A stretch of 64,000 nucleotides of DNA from Hyaloraphidium curvatum SAG 235-1. Lineage: Eukaryota > Fungi > Monoblepharomycota. Below the pieces are notes generated by a model, which was not told the origin of the DNA, did not search any database, and saw only the letters and a list, made by a program, of their open reading frames with translations. Positions 43,561-55,518 of the stretch are shown here, piece by piece (position 1 is the first letter of the stretch; each line of letters opens with the position of its first letter). Both the position numbers and the translations under genes were made by a program. The stretch covers positions 496,001 through 560,000 of the forward strand of contig JAIVFI010000027.1 in assembly GCA_025558095.1 (NCBI GenBank), given 5' to 3'.

Positions 43561-45171
43561 ATGGGTCCGCGACGCAGAGCAGTCCATGGTGGATCTGCGC
43601 ACTTCGCCGGGGCGAATGAGCCGTGCCTGCTGGAGCAGCTGCCGCCGGAACTGCTGGACCTCGTCCTGCGATGGGTCCTCCGGCCGTGCCTCACCGACAA
43701 CGCGGAGTTTGCCGATGCGCTGCTCGATATGGACGGCGATTTCGCGTACTCGTGCGAGTTCCGCCGGGTGGCGACTGTTGCCGCTCATGACGGCTTCGCG
43801 GGCGCTGTTTGCCGCTGTCGCCCCGCGATTCTGGCGTCACATCATGCTCTGGGACACGCGGGGCACCGGCGACGTCCGTGGGATTCTCGCAGCGCTCGAG
43901 TCACCTCGGGGCGCGTTCTACTCGTCCCTGGTCCGCAGCCTTTTCTTCTTGTGGCCCGGCTCGGGCTCGGAGGAAGGCGGCCCGGATCCGGCTTTCCCGC
44001 AGCGGCTGGCGACCGTGCTGCCGAAAATGACGGGGCTGTCGTCGATCAACCTGGACTTTGGACTCGGCAGCCGCAGCCACGAGCTAGAGGCTCTGCTGCT
44101 GGCCACACGCCGCTGCCCGATGCGCGCCGTCGGCAGCGCCCCTGCCCCGGCGGTCGCCGTGCTCGCCAAGTGCGTTCGGACCTGGCCGCAGCGGGAGTGG
44201 CTCGAAGTGGGGAGGATGAGACTTCAGCAGGAGACGCCCGCCCTCGGTTTTGGGAGGGACCTCGCCAAGGCCCTGCCGCAGGGGCTCAAAGGCCTGGCTT
44301 TCGATGGCCGCATGCCAGTGCAGGAGCTGGCCCGCATCCTCGGCCGGGCATCCGGACTGGAGCACCTCAAGCTCGCCGTCGCCGACACCGTCTCGGCCAA
44401 GGAGTGCGCGGTGATCGCCCAGTCTGTGCAGCGGCTCCACGTTGCTGAGCTACACCTGCTCCCCGAGGTGCGCTTCGCACCCCGGGTGGTGTCCCAGGCA
44501 AGGCTTCTCGACTCGGTTGGCGGAGAGCTGCTTTCCGAGCTCCACCTCGTCGGCTTCCCTCTGACCGTGGAGTCCGCTTCCGCGCTCAGCTGGTCCTTTG
44601 CCCGCTCCCCGGGCCTGGTCACGCTGTTCCTGGACATCGATGCCGACGTGAGTGCGCGGGGCGCATGCAACTCTTCCCCACTCTCCTCCTTGCCTTACCC
44701 CCGACCGCAAACAGGAACCGTCCCTCGCCGCCCTCCGCTTCCGTCCGGAGCTCCTCAACCTCCACCCCACCGGTCGCATCCCGGACCGCTCCCTCGCCCC
44801 GATCCTCTCGCAGCTCCCCCTCCTCGCCGAGCTCCACCTCGACCGGCTCACGGTGCGCACGGCCGACCTCGCCGCCGCCGCCGCGCACCCCGCCCTCTCG
44901 GTCCTGGGCGTTGCGAGGGGCATGTGGCCCGCGGCAGGTGCGCGCGATGTTGCGCGCCACCCCACGGATCCGCGACGTCGAGGTCGGGGGGGGATCGGAG
45001 GAGTGGGAGGCGTTCGAGAAGGAGAGGGGGGGGAGGACGCACATGCTCTGGGAGGACGACGACGCGCCGGCGGAGTCGCCGCCGTACGACGGCCTGTCGT
45101 CGGAAGAGGACCCAGACGAGTGGGAGTTTTCGGGCCGGGAGGGGGGCGGGAGCGAGGAGGGCGGAAGCTAG
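43561..45171 (+). pseudogene. F-box/RNI-like LRR gene with two frameshifts (~43775, ~44920); paralog of 56052-57938
   Basis: LEQLPPELLDLVL / LLPLMTASRALFAAVAPRFW...ALESPRGAFYSSLVR.../VRAMLRATPRI lie in different frames relative to the intact paralog. Confidence 0.65.
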
Positions 45172-45199
45172 GAGGGCGAAAGCTAGGAGGGCGAAAGCG
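45155..45199. repeat. 15-bp tandem repeat (AGGAGGGCGAAAGCT)x3 spanning the stop codon of the F-box gene
   Basis: Directly visible, with one mismatch in each flanking copy. Confidence 0.85.
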
Positions 45200-45358
45200 A
45201 GGGGGACGGGGTCGAGGAGGGCGGGAGCGGAGAGGAGGGAAGCGGGCTCGGGGTTCCGGCGGCGGGGTATGACAAGTAAACCTAGTGCGCCGAACGTTTC
45301 AAGGTCGTTGAACATGATTTCCACGAGATCTACATGTTCCGTGTCACCAACGCCGTCC

Positions 45359-47864
45359 TCAAAGCCTCGCCTTGCCAACGGGTTCCGCGAGCCCTTCGGT
45401 CTTCGTCCCGTCCTTGTGGAGGATCTCCAAGCCCTGCATCTTCCCGTCCTTGCGCCAATCCTCCAAGCACTGGATGAAGGCGTTGATGCCTGTCCCGCCA
45501 CGGCCCGTCAGCAAAACTCAACGACCGACGCGGAGGGCCGGACTCACCCTTCCCGTACGCCGAGTATGCCCGCCCCTTCTCGCTGATGCCGGCCCCCTCG
45601 CCGTTGAACCGGCTGGGCGTGCACTCCTCGAGCCACTTGGTCCTCATCTGGCTGAGCTTGGTGATGGTGTCCACCCACTCCGCCTCGCCCTTCTCGCTCG
45701 GCTCCACAGCCTTCCACCCGTTGTCCCTCGCCGCGGCGATGATCCACGCCGCGTGCCCGACCTGGGCATCGGTGGTGTAGAGGAAGTTGATGCTCGCCCC
45801 GCTCTGCGCGTTCTGCACGAAGAAGAGGTTGGGAAGCTCCCGCGTCGCCAGGCCGTGCAGCGTGCGCATGCCGCGCTTCCAGCGCTGCTCGATGGTCACA
45901 CCGTTGCGGCCGTGGATCTTGCACTGGATGCGGCGCTCGTAGCCCGTGGTGGCCTCGAAGCCGGAGGCGTAGACGATCAGGTCGACCTGCGAGCAGGAAT
46001 CCGAAATCAGAACCGCAGGTTGGCCTCGCTCCGGGACGGAGCAGACGGACCTCGTAAAGCTTGCCGTCCACGACGACCCCCTTCTCCTCGATCCGCTCGA
46101 CGCCCTTGCCGTCGGTGTCCACCAGGTGGACGTTCGGACGCTGCCGGCGGACCCCTGAGCACCCCGACAAAAAGGCGGCGACCCGTGGGACCCACGTTGA
46201 AGGTCGGAAGGTACTCGTCGTGGAAGCACGCGCGCTTGCAGCCCTGGTTGTACCACGGCTTGAGCAGCTCCGCCGTCCGCTTGTCCTTGACGATGCTGTC
46301 AACCCGCGCGCGGATCTGCTCCATCTTCTGGAAGTCCGCCAGCTGCCCAAGCGCGACGGATCAGCCGTGAAAGGGCGCGTCGGGCCCGGCATATCCCACC
46401 TGCGCGATCTCCTCGGCGCTGAGGTTGGTGTCCCCCTTTGCCACCGCCAGCCGGATGGACCTCGCGATGTCGGTCCACCCGTCCTGCACAAGATCGCCCT
46501 CTGGTGCGAGCAGTCCCGCCGCGCTGGCCTCGAAGTTGCCCATCCGGTGCCGGTGCCAGCCCGGCTTGAGCGACTTGACCCATTCGGGATCCGTCGGCTT
46601 GTCGTTCCGCACGTCCACCGAGCTCGGCGTCCGCTGGAAGACATACAGCTCCTTGGCGTCCCGACCCAGGTGCGGCACGATCTGCACAGATGTGGCGCCC
46701 GTGCCGATGATGGCCACGCGCTTGTCCTTGAGCTTGTGCAGGTTGCCGTCCGAGTCGCCGCCGGTGTAGGAGTAGTCCCACCGGGACGAATGGAAGGCCT
46801 TGCCCTTGAAGGTCTCGATGCCGGGGATGCCCGGGAGGTGCGGACGGTGGAGGGGGCCGCCGGCGGAGATGACGAAGGTGGCGGTGAAGTTGTCGCCGCG
46901 GTCCGTCTTGACGTGCCACAAGCACGCGCCCTCATCCCACCGGAGCTCCTTGACCTGAATGGCGGGGTAGGGAGGGGGCGAGGTTAGGAGTGCCGTGTGG
47001 AACGGCCGGAGGAAGCCCACCTCAGTCTGGAAGTACGAGTTGCCCCAAAGGTTCCACATGTCGGCGATCCGCTTCGTGTGGTCCAGCATCTCCTTGGCGT
47101 CCGAATACTTCTTACGCGGCATGTAGCCGGTTTCCTCGAGCAGGGGAAGGTCTGGCGCAGCAGGCGGTGAGCGCGGATCAGAGCGCAGGCAAGAGGGACC
47201 AACAGATGTCTGGGGAGGCTGGGGGTCAGCGGGAGCGGACAGGGCGGAGCGCAGCTACTCACAGCTCTCCGTGTCACATGCTGCTCCTGGGTACTGATTG
47301 TACCACCAAGTCCTTCCAGAGGTTAGTTGGCGGTCCCAGGATGTTTGGGTGATGGTTGGGAGGCGTGCCGGGGACACGTCCGCGGCCATCGGCGCAGCAG
47401 GAGTGGAAGACAGGGCCAAACCCGCAGACGCAGAGATGCCAAGACTTGTCAGCATCGCTCCGAGGCGAGGAGATAAGAATCTCACCCTCCGTAGCCCCCT
47501 GCCTTCTCCAAGATCCGCGTCTGCTCAGGCGCGAACCCGAGCTGGCGGAGCCTCACGGCGGCCAGCATCCCACCGAAACCCCCGCCGAGGATGCAGACAT
47601 AGACGTGGTCGGTCAGGGGAGCGCGGGCAGGGGGCGGCCCGGCGACGTGGGAGTCGTGCATGAGGGCGGCGTGCTTCCCGGCAATCTCGACATACTGCGG
47701 GCGCCGGTCAGGCGGGCCCCATTGCGGCAAAGGCGACGACCTGCCTGGCGGGCGCCCTCCTTGCGGATCCGCTTGTCGCGCTCGATTTTGTAGCGGGCCC
47801 GCAGGGCCTCGGGGTCAAAGGGCAGGTTCGCGGGGTCGATGACCGCGACCCCGCGGGACGCCAT
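45359..47864 (-). CDS. Baeyer-Villiger monooxygenase (cyclohexanone monooxygenase-like), multi-exon; ends in PTS1-like ARL
   Basis: Motifs [21 protein letters not shown], the BVMO fingerprint [27 protein letters not shown] and YASGF. The last exon ends PVGKARL*. Confidence 0.93.
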
Positions 47865-48113
47865 TGCGGCACAGGGACGGTCGGGGGAAGGCGGTCTGCG
47901 CGCAGGGGGCCGTGGAAAGCGGCGCTGGCGGTCGCAGCCTCGGGGCGAAGGCGGAACCGGGCCTTTGTGTGGGTGTCCCCCGCGCACGGATCGTGTGTGG
48001 CGAGCCCCGGCTGAACTCGGTTTAACTGCGTGTGGCGAATGATGGCGCCGCCAATCAGGAGCAAAGTCAACGCGGAACTGATGGTGGATGCCGGCGGGGG
48101 CCACCCACTAGGT

Positions 48114-49060
48114 TCAGAACGATGAAGGGGATCTCCAGGAGGCCGAGTCTGAGGATGTCCCGCTTGCCGCTTTCCAGCGCAGCCACCCGCGCCCTCCAGC
48201 TCTCCAGGAGCTGGTCTTGGAGGCGCACCAGAAGCTCCAGCTTTGCTTGATACGAGTCCGGGGAGTCGAGGGAAGCGAGGACGTCCGAGACCGCCAGAGC
48301 CAGGCGCGGCGTTGCAGCCGCAGGCTGATCTCGACGGCTTGCGGTACCGAGAAGGGTTGCGCTAGTATCGTGGCGAGCGGGTAGAAGAGCACGACCATGG
48401 CGGCGTCCTCGGCGATGCCGACCACATCGCGGGGATCAGCATTCCCATTGTGCCCGGCAGCGCAGCGGTCGCTCGAAGGGGAGATCCCCAGCATGTCTTC
48501 GCAGCGCCCGAGGAAGGACGACAGCGCGATTTGCATGGCATGATGCTGCAACCGCACTGCAAGATTAATGGATGCGACGTTGACTTCGATCCCACACCAG
48601 AAAAAAGGTGCGAAATTGGCCGTCGTGAGGCAGGGCGATCAGGAAGATCCCCCACGGCGCGGCGGCGAGCTGCGGGCCGAAGTACACGAGCGGCGTCCAT
48701 ACGATCAGCACCTGCACCAGAGTGGTGACGACGGCGAGGGTGCCGCGGTACAAGACCTGGATCCAGGCGGCCCTGTCGGGGAGGTTGCCGGCGCACGAAG
48801 GCAGGGGGCAAGGGCAGAGCGGGTCGTCGGGATCGTGCACAGTCAGAGGAGAGGGGGCGGACCCGCGTTCGCCGTCCTCCTCTGAATGAGATGGAAGCAG
48901 CTGAGCCCAGCGCGCGAACCCTGACCAGGGGTGGAGATCAAGATTCGAAGAGTGCTCCTCGACCTCTTTGGGGCCTCCCGCAGCCCCTATAATCAAAAGG
49001 GACGCAACGGCCCCAACAAGATAGCCGAACGCCACGGCCGTCGTCGCTTTCGGGACACCG
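48114..49060 (-). pseudogene. Degenerate member of the lineage-specific multi-TM (CPCxxxSC) family
   Basis: WSGFARWAQLL...DPLCPCPLPSCAGNLP...WTPLVYFGP. Internal stops and frameshifts are present, and there is no in-frame ATG. Confidence 0.6.
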
Positions 49061-49579
49061 AATCAGACGTTGCTTTGCTCTTGCGGGTACGGACTACGCA
49101 CCGCCAAGCATCTGCCGCAGCCCGAACGCGGCCGCCCAGTCAAAGGCCCACATGCTGCCGAACAGGGCAAAGACGGCGGCTGTGTGAGCCGTCCCGCGCA
49201 GAAGGCCCTTTCGCGCCCACGGGTCTGTCAGCCGCTCGATGCGGAACACGGCGAGGGGGAGCGGGTGCCGCGCCAGGACGACGGCGAGCGCCGTTGCCGT
49301 CAACGGATCAGCTTCGCGGGCGGCGGCTGCGGGATCGGCTACGCGGCGCGCCGAGGGTGCCAGCGGGCGCGCCGTCTTTGCTTGGAAGGGGAGGATCGCG
49401 AGCCATTCCCGCGGGGCAAAGTCGCGGACCGGGGGGGCGATCGGCGCGAGTTCCGCGCCGAGGAGAGCGCCGTCCGCCATCGGAGTCACGCCGCGGCAAG
49501 GAGCGGCGCCTGCTGGCGCGAGGAGATCGCCGAGTGTCTCCCGGCCGAAACCAGCCCTTCTGAGAACGGTTCCTCCGCC

Positions 49580-50734
49580 GATTGCCCGCTGATACGGCGC
49601 CACCCGACTTTCAACGACCTCCGCGCCGCCGAGCCGCTGGACAAACGCCGGTTCCTCCGCGCTCTGGCGCCGTGGCCGTCGTTGAGGCGCCTGGTGGCCG
49701 TGCGTATCGCCGCGTTCCCCGCCGTGCGCGGGTCGTTGTCGGCGAGCTGCGTGCTAATCTGCACCGCGAACGCGGCCTGCGGGGCGTCCCTCTTCTACCT
49801 CAACGACGGCCGCTTCTCCACCGGCCGTGTGATCGGCGTCCTCGTTGCCCAGTGGACCTTCCTGCTGCTGACGATGGTGAGCGTCGTCCAGAGGGTGGAC
49901 TCAGTCTACGACGGCTTCGCGCCGCTGGTCCTCGCCGGCGACGACAACACCTTCGCGGGCTTTGCGCGATGGAGCGAGCTGCTAGCTGCGGCCGACCGCA
50001 GCAAGGAGGGGGGCGCCCTGGTGGAACACGTGGCTGCGGATGGGCAATGCCCGTGCGCGCTACCCTCTTGCGCGGGGAACCTGCCCGGCAAAGCGACGAG
50101 GTTCGCCGTCGTCTCGCAAGGAATCATTTCCTTTGCCGGCGGGATGAATTGGGTTTTCTTGTGCTACACGGCGATCGTTACTTTCGGGCCGTCCCTGTGG
50201 ACTTCCGCCTGGGCCGTCGCTGGCGCAGCCTACTGCGCAATGGTCGTGCTCTTCTACCCCCTATTCACGATGCAGGCACAGCCTGTGCTCCTCGCCCTCG
50301 AGCGCGGGCCGGCAAAGGGCATCCCGCTTGGCCTCGCGGTGGGCTTCAAGTCGCTCTTCACCAAGCCGTTCGCGGGCGCGCTGGACTGCGTGTACCAGCT
50401 CGCCAAGGGGTGCAAGCACGACATGCGGTACCTCTTTGCGCCGGCGTCGGAAAGGAGGAGGCGCGCGGCGGCGAAGGTGCCCGGGGGCGTCGGGGACGCG
50501 GCGGGCGAGGACGGCGCGGGGCTGACGCCCGAGGAGGAGGAAACCGTCGTGAGACGGTTTCTGGAGTTCAGGGACTCGGATACGTGGACGGTGGGCGAGG
50601 TCATCCGCGCCGAGGCGCAGGAGGAGGCGGAGGAGACGGCGGGATTCGAGGCCGGGAGGGAGGCCGGCAGAGCCGCGAGGAGCCTGGTCTGGGATGCCAA
50701 ACTGGCGCAGAAGCAGTTCAAGAATGCAGCATAG
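49580..50734 (+). pseudogene. Multi-TM (CPCxxxSC) family N-terminal half fused to an unrelated C-terminal segment; start unclear
   Basis: FAGFARWSELL...QCPCALPSCAGNLP...YTAIVTFGPSLW, then an abrupt switch at ~50305 to KGIPLGLAVGFKSLFTKPFAGALDCV. Confidence 0.5.
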
Positions 50735-51000
50735 CTAATTGTATCGTCCAGGGTCGATCACGCATCGCGAGATCCGCCAATCGAGGCCAACCTCTTAGGT
50801 GGCAAGACCGTGCAGTTGCCGCTCGTCTGCGTACGCTGGAACAGCGCACCCTAAAGCGAACGAGACCGCGCCATTAAGCAGGCGCAGGCCCCGGGCAACG
50901 CGCCCGATAGGAGATCCGCAAACTCCCACGTACCGTCGTCGCGTCGGCAGACCCGCGACCCGACAAGCAAACATCGGTTCGAGGGTTTCGTGCCAACTCG

Positions 51001-52131
51001 ATGGCATCCCAGCCCCTCCCCACGTCTGAGGCACCCCATTCCACCCCCCGAGAGGTCCTCTTCATCGGCACCGGCGGCACCCTTGCCTCCTTCGCCCCCT
51101 CTCCCCTCCAGCTCCACGACTACGAATCCTCCCTGCTCCCTTCGTCTGCGCTCGTCGCGCGCTTCACCTCGCTGTCCCTGCTCCCGGGCGTCGCGGTAGT
51201 GCCGATCGACGTGCCACCGCTGATTTCGGACGCGATTGGCCCGCGGGAATGGAGTTCCTTGTGCCGCAAACTGTCCGACGCGCGCGCGGGGCACCCCGAC
51301 GCGGCGGGTATGGTCGTGGGGCACGGGACGGCGACGATGGAGGAAACCGCGTACCTCTTGGATCTCTTGGTGGACAATGCCGGCTGGGGCACGGTGGTGC
51401 TGACGGGCGCGATGCTGCCGGCTTCGGCGGCGGGGGGCGACGCGGAGGGGAACATCCTTGCAGCGTGCACGGTGGCTGCCGACCCGCGATCCGAGGGCAG
51501 GGGGGTGTTGGTGGTCATGTACGGGGAGGTGCATGCCGCGCGGGACGTTTCGAAGACGTCGGCCGAGGGGAGGGGGGCGTTCAAGTCGCCCGGCAAGGGG
51601 CCTCTCGGCCTGGTCGACGCCAGGGGCGTCGATTACTTCCGACGAGCCGAGCCCAGGCCTTCCTTCGGATTCCTACCAGCTCTGCTGGACAGCTGGCCGC
51701 GGGTCGACGTGAGCTACGCGTACGCGGGCTGCGACGGCACCGCCGTGCGCGCGTTCGTCGCCGCCGGGGCCAGGGGCATAGTGTCCGCGGGTTTCGCGCC
51801 GGGCGGCACGTCCCCCGCCGAGGAAGAAGCCCTGGACGAGGCTGCAAATGCGGGTGTTATCGTGGTGCAGTCCACACGGACAGGCGGCGGACGGGTCGTC
51901 CCGACGAGGCGGATGGCAGAGCGAGGGTGGATCCCGGCGGGCGACCAGCCGCCATGCAAGGCGAGAGTGTTGTTGGCGATGGCGTTGGTGGCAGCAAAGT
52001 CGCACGACGAGGTATCGGGGATGTTCGCCACGGCAGGACGGGGACCGCGGATCGCGCGTGGCGACAATCCGGGCAGACCGGCGGAGCAATGGGACGACGG
52101 CTTCCCCCGGAGCTCGGATGTCCCGCGATAG
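51001..52131 (+). CDS. Bacterial-type L-asparaginase/glutaminase, intronless
   Basis: Motifs FIGTGGTLAS, VVGHGTATMEETAY, VVLTGAM, AARDVSKT, GIVSAGFAPG, VVQSTRTGGG and KARVLL. Confidence 0.92.
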   Translation: MASQPLPTSEAPHSTPREVLFIGTGGTLASFAPSPLQLHDYESSLLPSSALVARFTSLSLLPGVAVVPIDVPPLISDAIGPREWSSLCRKLSDARAGHPDAAGMVVGHGTATMEETAYLLDLLVDNAGWGTVVLTGAMLPASAAGGDAEGNILAACTVAADPRSEGRGVLVVMYGEVHAARDVSKTSAEGRGAFKSPGKGPLGLVDARGVDYFRRAEPRPSFGFLPALLDSWPRVDVSYAYAGCDGTAVRAFVAAGARGIVSAGFAPGGTSPAEEEALDEAANAGVIVVQSTRTGGGRVVPTRRMAERGWIPAGDQPPCKARVLLAMALVAAKSHDEVSGMFATAGRGPRIARGDNPGRPAEQWDDGFPRSSDVPR

Positions 52132-52807
52132 ACGACAGCAGAGCGCTCTCGTGCGCCCGCTCGAGACCAAATGAATTTCATGCACGGCCGGTGCGCACTT
52201 GCGGCCGGGGAAGGCGGCGGGTGAGGGCGAACCGCGCGCTGGGTGCCAAGGTTTGGGTCTGGAATTCGATACGTGCGGGCGTGATGTCCGCCCGCGCGGA
52301 AGCCTTCGATTCGCCCCGCAAGGCCCGAAGTTGCACCGTCACCAGCCACGAACCTCTTGCTGCCGATCCTGCCGTCTCGTCCGCACGGGGCAGAGGTGAT
52401 CCGGCCATTCGGTTGGTGAACAGACCGTGCGAGCTCGCCGGGACATTCGGCCGATGGCCGGCGGAGAGACCGCGGAGGCGTGGGCGGTTTTTCGCACGGG
52501 TGGAAACAATGGCGGCTGGGAAGGGACCACTTTGCCGCCGCGCCGACAAAATCGCATCCAGCGTCATGTGCGGTGCCTCCAGAGCGGCGACGAAGCTTGC
52601 GAGTCGAGGGTGCATGTGACTTGAGTGGCGGCGTACCACAGGTCAAGCAACTTCGCTGGCCGGATACGCATGGCAATCGGGCCGCCGAGGCGGCATGCGG
52701 TGCGGCTCGTCAACCGCAAGGCCCTGAACCAATTGCGCCGCCATCAGCTTTCCGGGCCTCAACCGCCCCCGTCGCCCTCCCACGCCCGCCGAGCCAACAC
52801 CGAGACA

Positions 52808-53497
52808 ATGAAGCCCGTCGCCTGCCTGATCGCATTCGTCCTGGCGGCGCTCGCCACGGCGTCGCCGGCCCTCGCGTGGGGACTGCGCCGCCGACGACCC
52901 TGCCCGCCGCGGCACTAATCCCTGTACCATCGCAGCGCCCCCGCCGCCGTGTCGTCCCCCGCGGGCAGTGACGTCGCCGTGGTGTTCAAGCGGAGCTGCG
53001 GGGAGTGCGCGGAGGACCTCTACTGGTATGTGGATCCTCCACGCCGCTCTCCCTCGTCCCCTCGTTGATGGACGACCCTCCGACGGCAGCGAGTTCGCCT
53101 ACCCCGGCGCCCCCGTCGAGCACGTCGCCTGCGTCTCCCACACGTCGCGCAAGGGGCTGTACCGCAGGGTGCGTTCACCCTATGTTCACGCTGATCCGCA
53201 GCCCCACTCACGCCCGGGGACCCGCAGTACGCCGCCACCCTGTGCGACAACGACCTGAGCGCCACCAGGTGCGACGGCCAGGTACTCAGCTATGGTGTCC
53301 CCTCGTCGTACGACTTCTTCGGGAGCCAGTACGCCAGCCTCGACGCTTGTGAGGCGGCGTGCGTGGGAGCGGGCAAGACGAGCGACTCCTACATAGTGGG
53401 CCTGCCGTACTACTGCAAGTGCTTCACAGGGACGTGCACGCCGACGACGCAGTTCGCGTCCAACTATTTCGTCAGGCAGAAGGTCGATTGCAACTGA
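52808..53497 (+). CDS. Small secreted Cys-rich protein (WSC/PAN-like Cys pattern), 4 exons; largely missed by the ORF track
   Basis: MKPVACLIAFVLAALATASPALA/...KRSCGECAEDLYC/EF...VACVSHTSRKGLYRR/YAATLCD...SLDACEAACVG...YYCKCFTG...VDCN*. Confidence 0.72.
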
Positions 53498-53803
53498 TCC
53501 TGGGCGGGTTCCGAGGTGCCGTGGGTACGGGTCCTAGCGACGGGTCGTTGCATGGCGATCTCAAGCGTACGTGCCGACAAGTCCCGCAGGCGCGACGGAT
53601 GGGGGCTATAGATGTGTTTTGGTCTCCGAGCGGCTATCACCAAGAGCGAATGCGCTCCAGGTCGCGCGCCGTTTTCCGCAAAGATCTTGATCCTGTTTGC
53701 TCGTGAGGATCGCCCACAACCTCCGTGGTCGGCATCCTGAGCATCGAACGTGCGGGCGGGCAGACGTAAACATGACCACAAACACCGGCCCGTGGTGAAC
53801 CCC

Positions 53804-55384
53804 ATGCGCCGCCTGAGGGGGCTGCTCGCGGCGATACTGGCAGGTGCCCCAATTATTGGAGCCGCAACGATCGTGCTGGGGCGGATGCGGGCGCCGGACG
53901 TCCCCCCGGGGGAGCCCGGCGGGGGGTCCGCCGGCCTGCCGATGCTGCGCGCGTGGGCGCCCCACCCGCCGTGCGTGCGGCCTATCGCGCTGGCGAACGT
54001 GTGCATAGGCGCGGCCGGCTCGGCATCGCGGCCGCGGACGGTGTTTCCGGCGGCCGGGTCGCCGCCGGCGTGGGCGGCCCCGGACGTACGCGCCGCGCTG
54101 GGCGGCCTGCGGAACCCGTCGTTCGCGCAGTTCTGCAGCGACCTGGGCGAGCACAACCCACTCGGCCTTTTCTTCGAGTTCGGCAGCCCGCCGCCGCCCG
54201 GCTCCTCCCCTCCGCCCGGGATCCTGCCGGCACTCGCCGTCGCCCAGGCCTCGGCGCTGCAGAACACGTTCCATGCGGTGCACGCCGCGATCGCACTGCA
54301 CCGCACCGTGCGCAGCCATTTCCCCGAGGTGCGACTCCCCGCAGACCCCGCCGACCTGCGCGTGCATCTGCTGAACCGCGCAGACCATTCCCTGCGGAAC
54401 ACCTGGTTCCGCCACATGAGCTTCCTATTTTCGGCCGTGGCCCGCGACCCCGGCAGGAACATCCTCGTCGACGAGGCTTCGCCGTTCAACAGGTCTGCGG
54501 GCATCGACCGGTACGTCCCGCCCGACGTGCCAGACGCCCCGGCCTGTTTCGCCCACTCCGTGTGGGGACTCTACCCGACCATGCGGCATCATAACCAATA
54601 CTTTCCCTCCGACTTTGTCGCGTACCGCAACGCGATGCTGGTGGAGCACTACCGCGGGCTGGTCTTTGGCGAGGGACCGTTCCCCGCGGAGCCATTCCCC
54701 GACGGCCGAGCCGTTCTGCACCCTTCCCTGCGCAGGCCCTTCCGCCCTCTCCCTGGACCCCCGCCCTCCCTCCCGTCAGGGACCGTTTTCGAACCGCCCC
54801 CCGGGTCCCCACTCTCCCCGCCCTTCCGATACCCGTGCCACCCGAGTCTGATACCCCTCACCCTCCTCCTCCGCAACCCCCTCAACCCCGACCGCAACCT
54901 CACCAACCCGCACGACGCTCTGCGCTGGATCTCGGAGCTCAACCCGGCCCTTGAGCAGCGATACGGCGCCCGCGTCGTGCCCGCTCTTGCCTCGTTCGAC
55001 CCCCCCTTCCCCCCGGACCGGCAGCTCCTCACCGCCTTCCGCTCGCGCATCTTCGCCGGTGTCCACGGCGCCGGCCTCTCCTGGGGCCTCTTCCTCCCGC
55101 CGGGCTCGGTGCTCCTCGAGATCACCGTGCCGTGGATGATGCGGCACCAGCTCCCCGGGTGGGAATTCGGCAAGCCGGTGGAGGGGTTCAGCGGCAACGG
55201 GAGCGAGGGGATGTGGTTCGCCCAGTTTGCCGCTGCGGTGGGGGCGGCGCATTACAGGACGAGGATGTACGCGGGGGCGGGCGGGAGCGTGACGCTGGAG
55301 AGGGCGGATTGGGAGGAGGCGGTGGACAAGGCGGTGGAGTACGTGGTGAGGGAGAGCAAGGGCACGTGTTCTCTGGACCGTTGA
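53804..55384 (+). CDS. Glycosyltransferase family 61 (DUF563/EOGT-like), type II membrane protein, intronless
   Basis: N-terminal TM, then NTFHA, RNLTN and QL...RIFAGVHGAGLSWGLFLPPGSVLLEI. Confidence 0.85.
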   Translation: MRRLRGLLAAILAGAPIIGAATIVLGRMRAPDVPPGEPGGGSAGLPMLRAWAPHPPCVRPIALANVCIGAAGSASRPRTVFPAAGSPPAWAAPDVRAALGGLRNPSFAQFCSDLGEHNPLGLFFEFGSPPPPGSSPPPGILPALAVAQASALQNTFHAVHAAIALHRTVRSHFPEVRLPADPADLRVHLLNRADHSLRNTWFRHMSFLFSAVARDPGRNILVDEASPFNRSAGIDRYVPPDVPDAPACFAHSVWGLYPTMRHHNQYFPSDFVAYRNAMLVEHYRGLVFGEGPFPAEPFPDGRAVLHPSLRRPFRPLPGPPPSLPSGTVFEPPPGSPLSPPFRYPCHPSLIPLTLLLRNPLNPDRNLTNPHDALRWISELNPALEQRYGARVVPALASFDPPFPPDRQLLTAFRSRIFAGVHGAGLSWGLFLPPGSVLLEITVPWMMRHQLPGWEFGKPVEGFSGNGSEGMWFAQFAAAVGAAHYRTRMYAGAGGSVTLERADWEEAVDKAVEYVVRESKGTCSLDR

Positions 55385-55518
55385 ACGTCACGGACTACAT
55401 GCTCTTGGGGAGGGCTTTGTCGGCACAGCCTCCTCCCGGGACCGATGAGTGGGCGGTCGAACGACAATTCGAGCGCGAGCTGGAATCGGCCTGCGTCGTA
55501 CCCGGGCACTCTTGGCTG
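55312..55518. repeat. ~200-bp segment (GT61 3' end plus UTR) duplicated in inverted orientation at 62481-62669
   Basis: GAGGCGGTGGACAAG.CGGTGGAGTACGTGGTGAGGGAGAGCAAGGGCACGTGTTCTCTGGACCGT... is present on opposite strands at both sites. Confidence 0.9.

Noticed and set aside
49056-49058. Other in-frame TGA codons (here and at 58367-58369) as possible Sec
   Set aside because: They lie in frameshifted pseudogene fragments at non-Cys positions, and I saw no SECIS for them.
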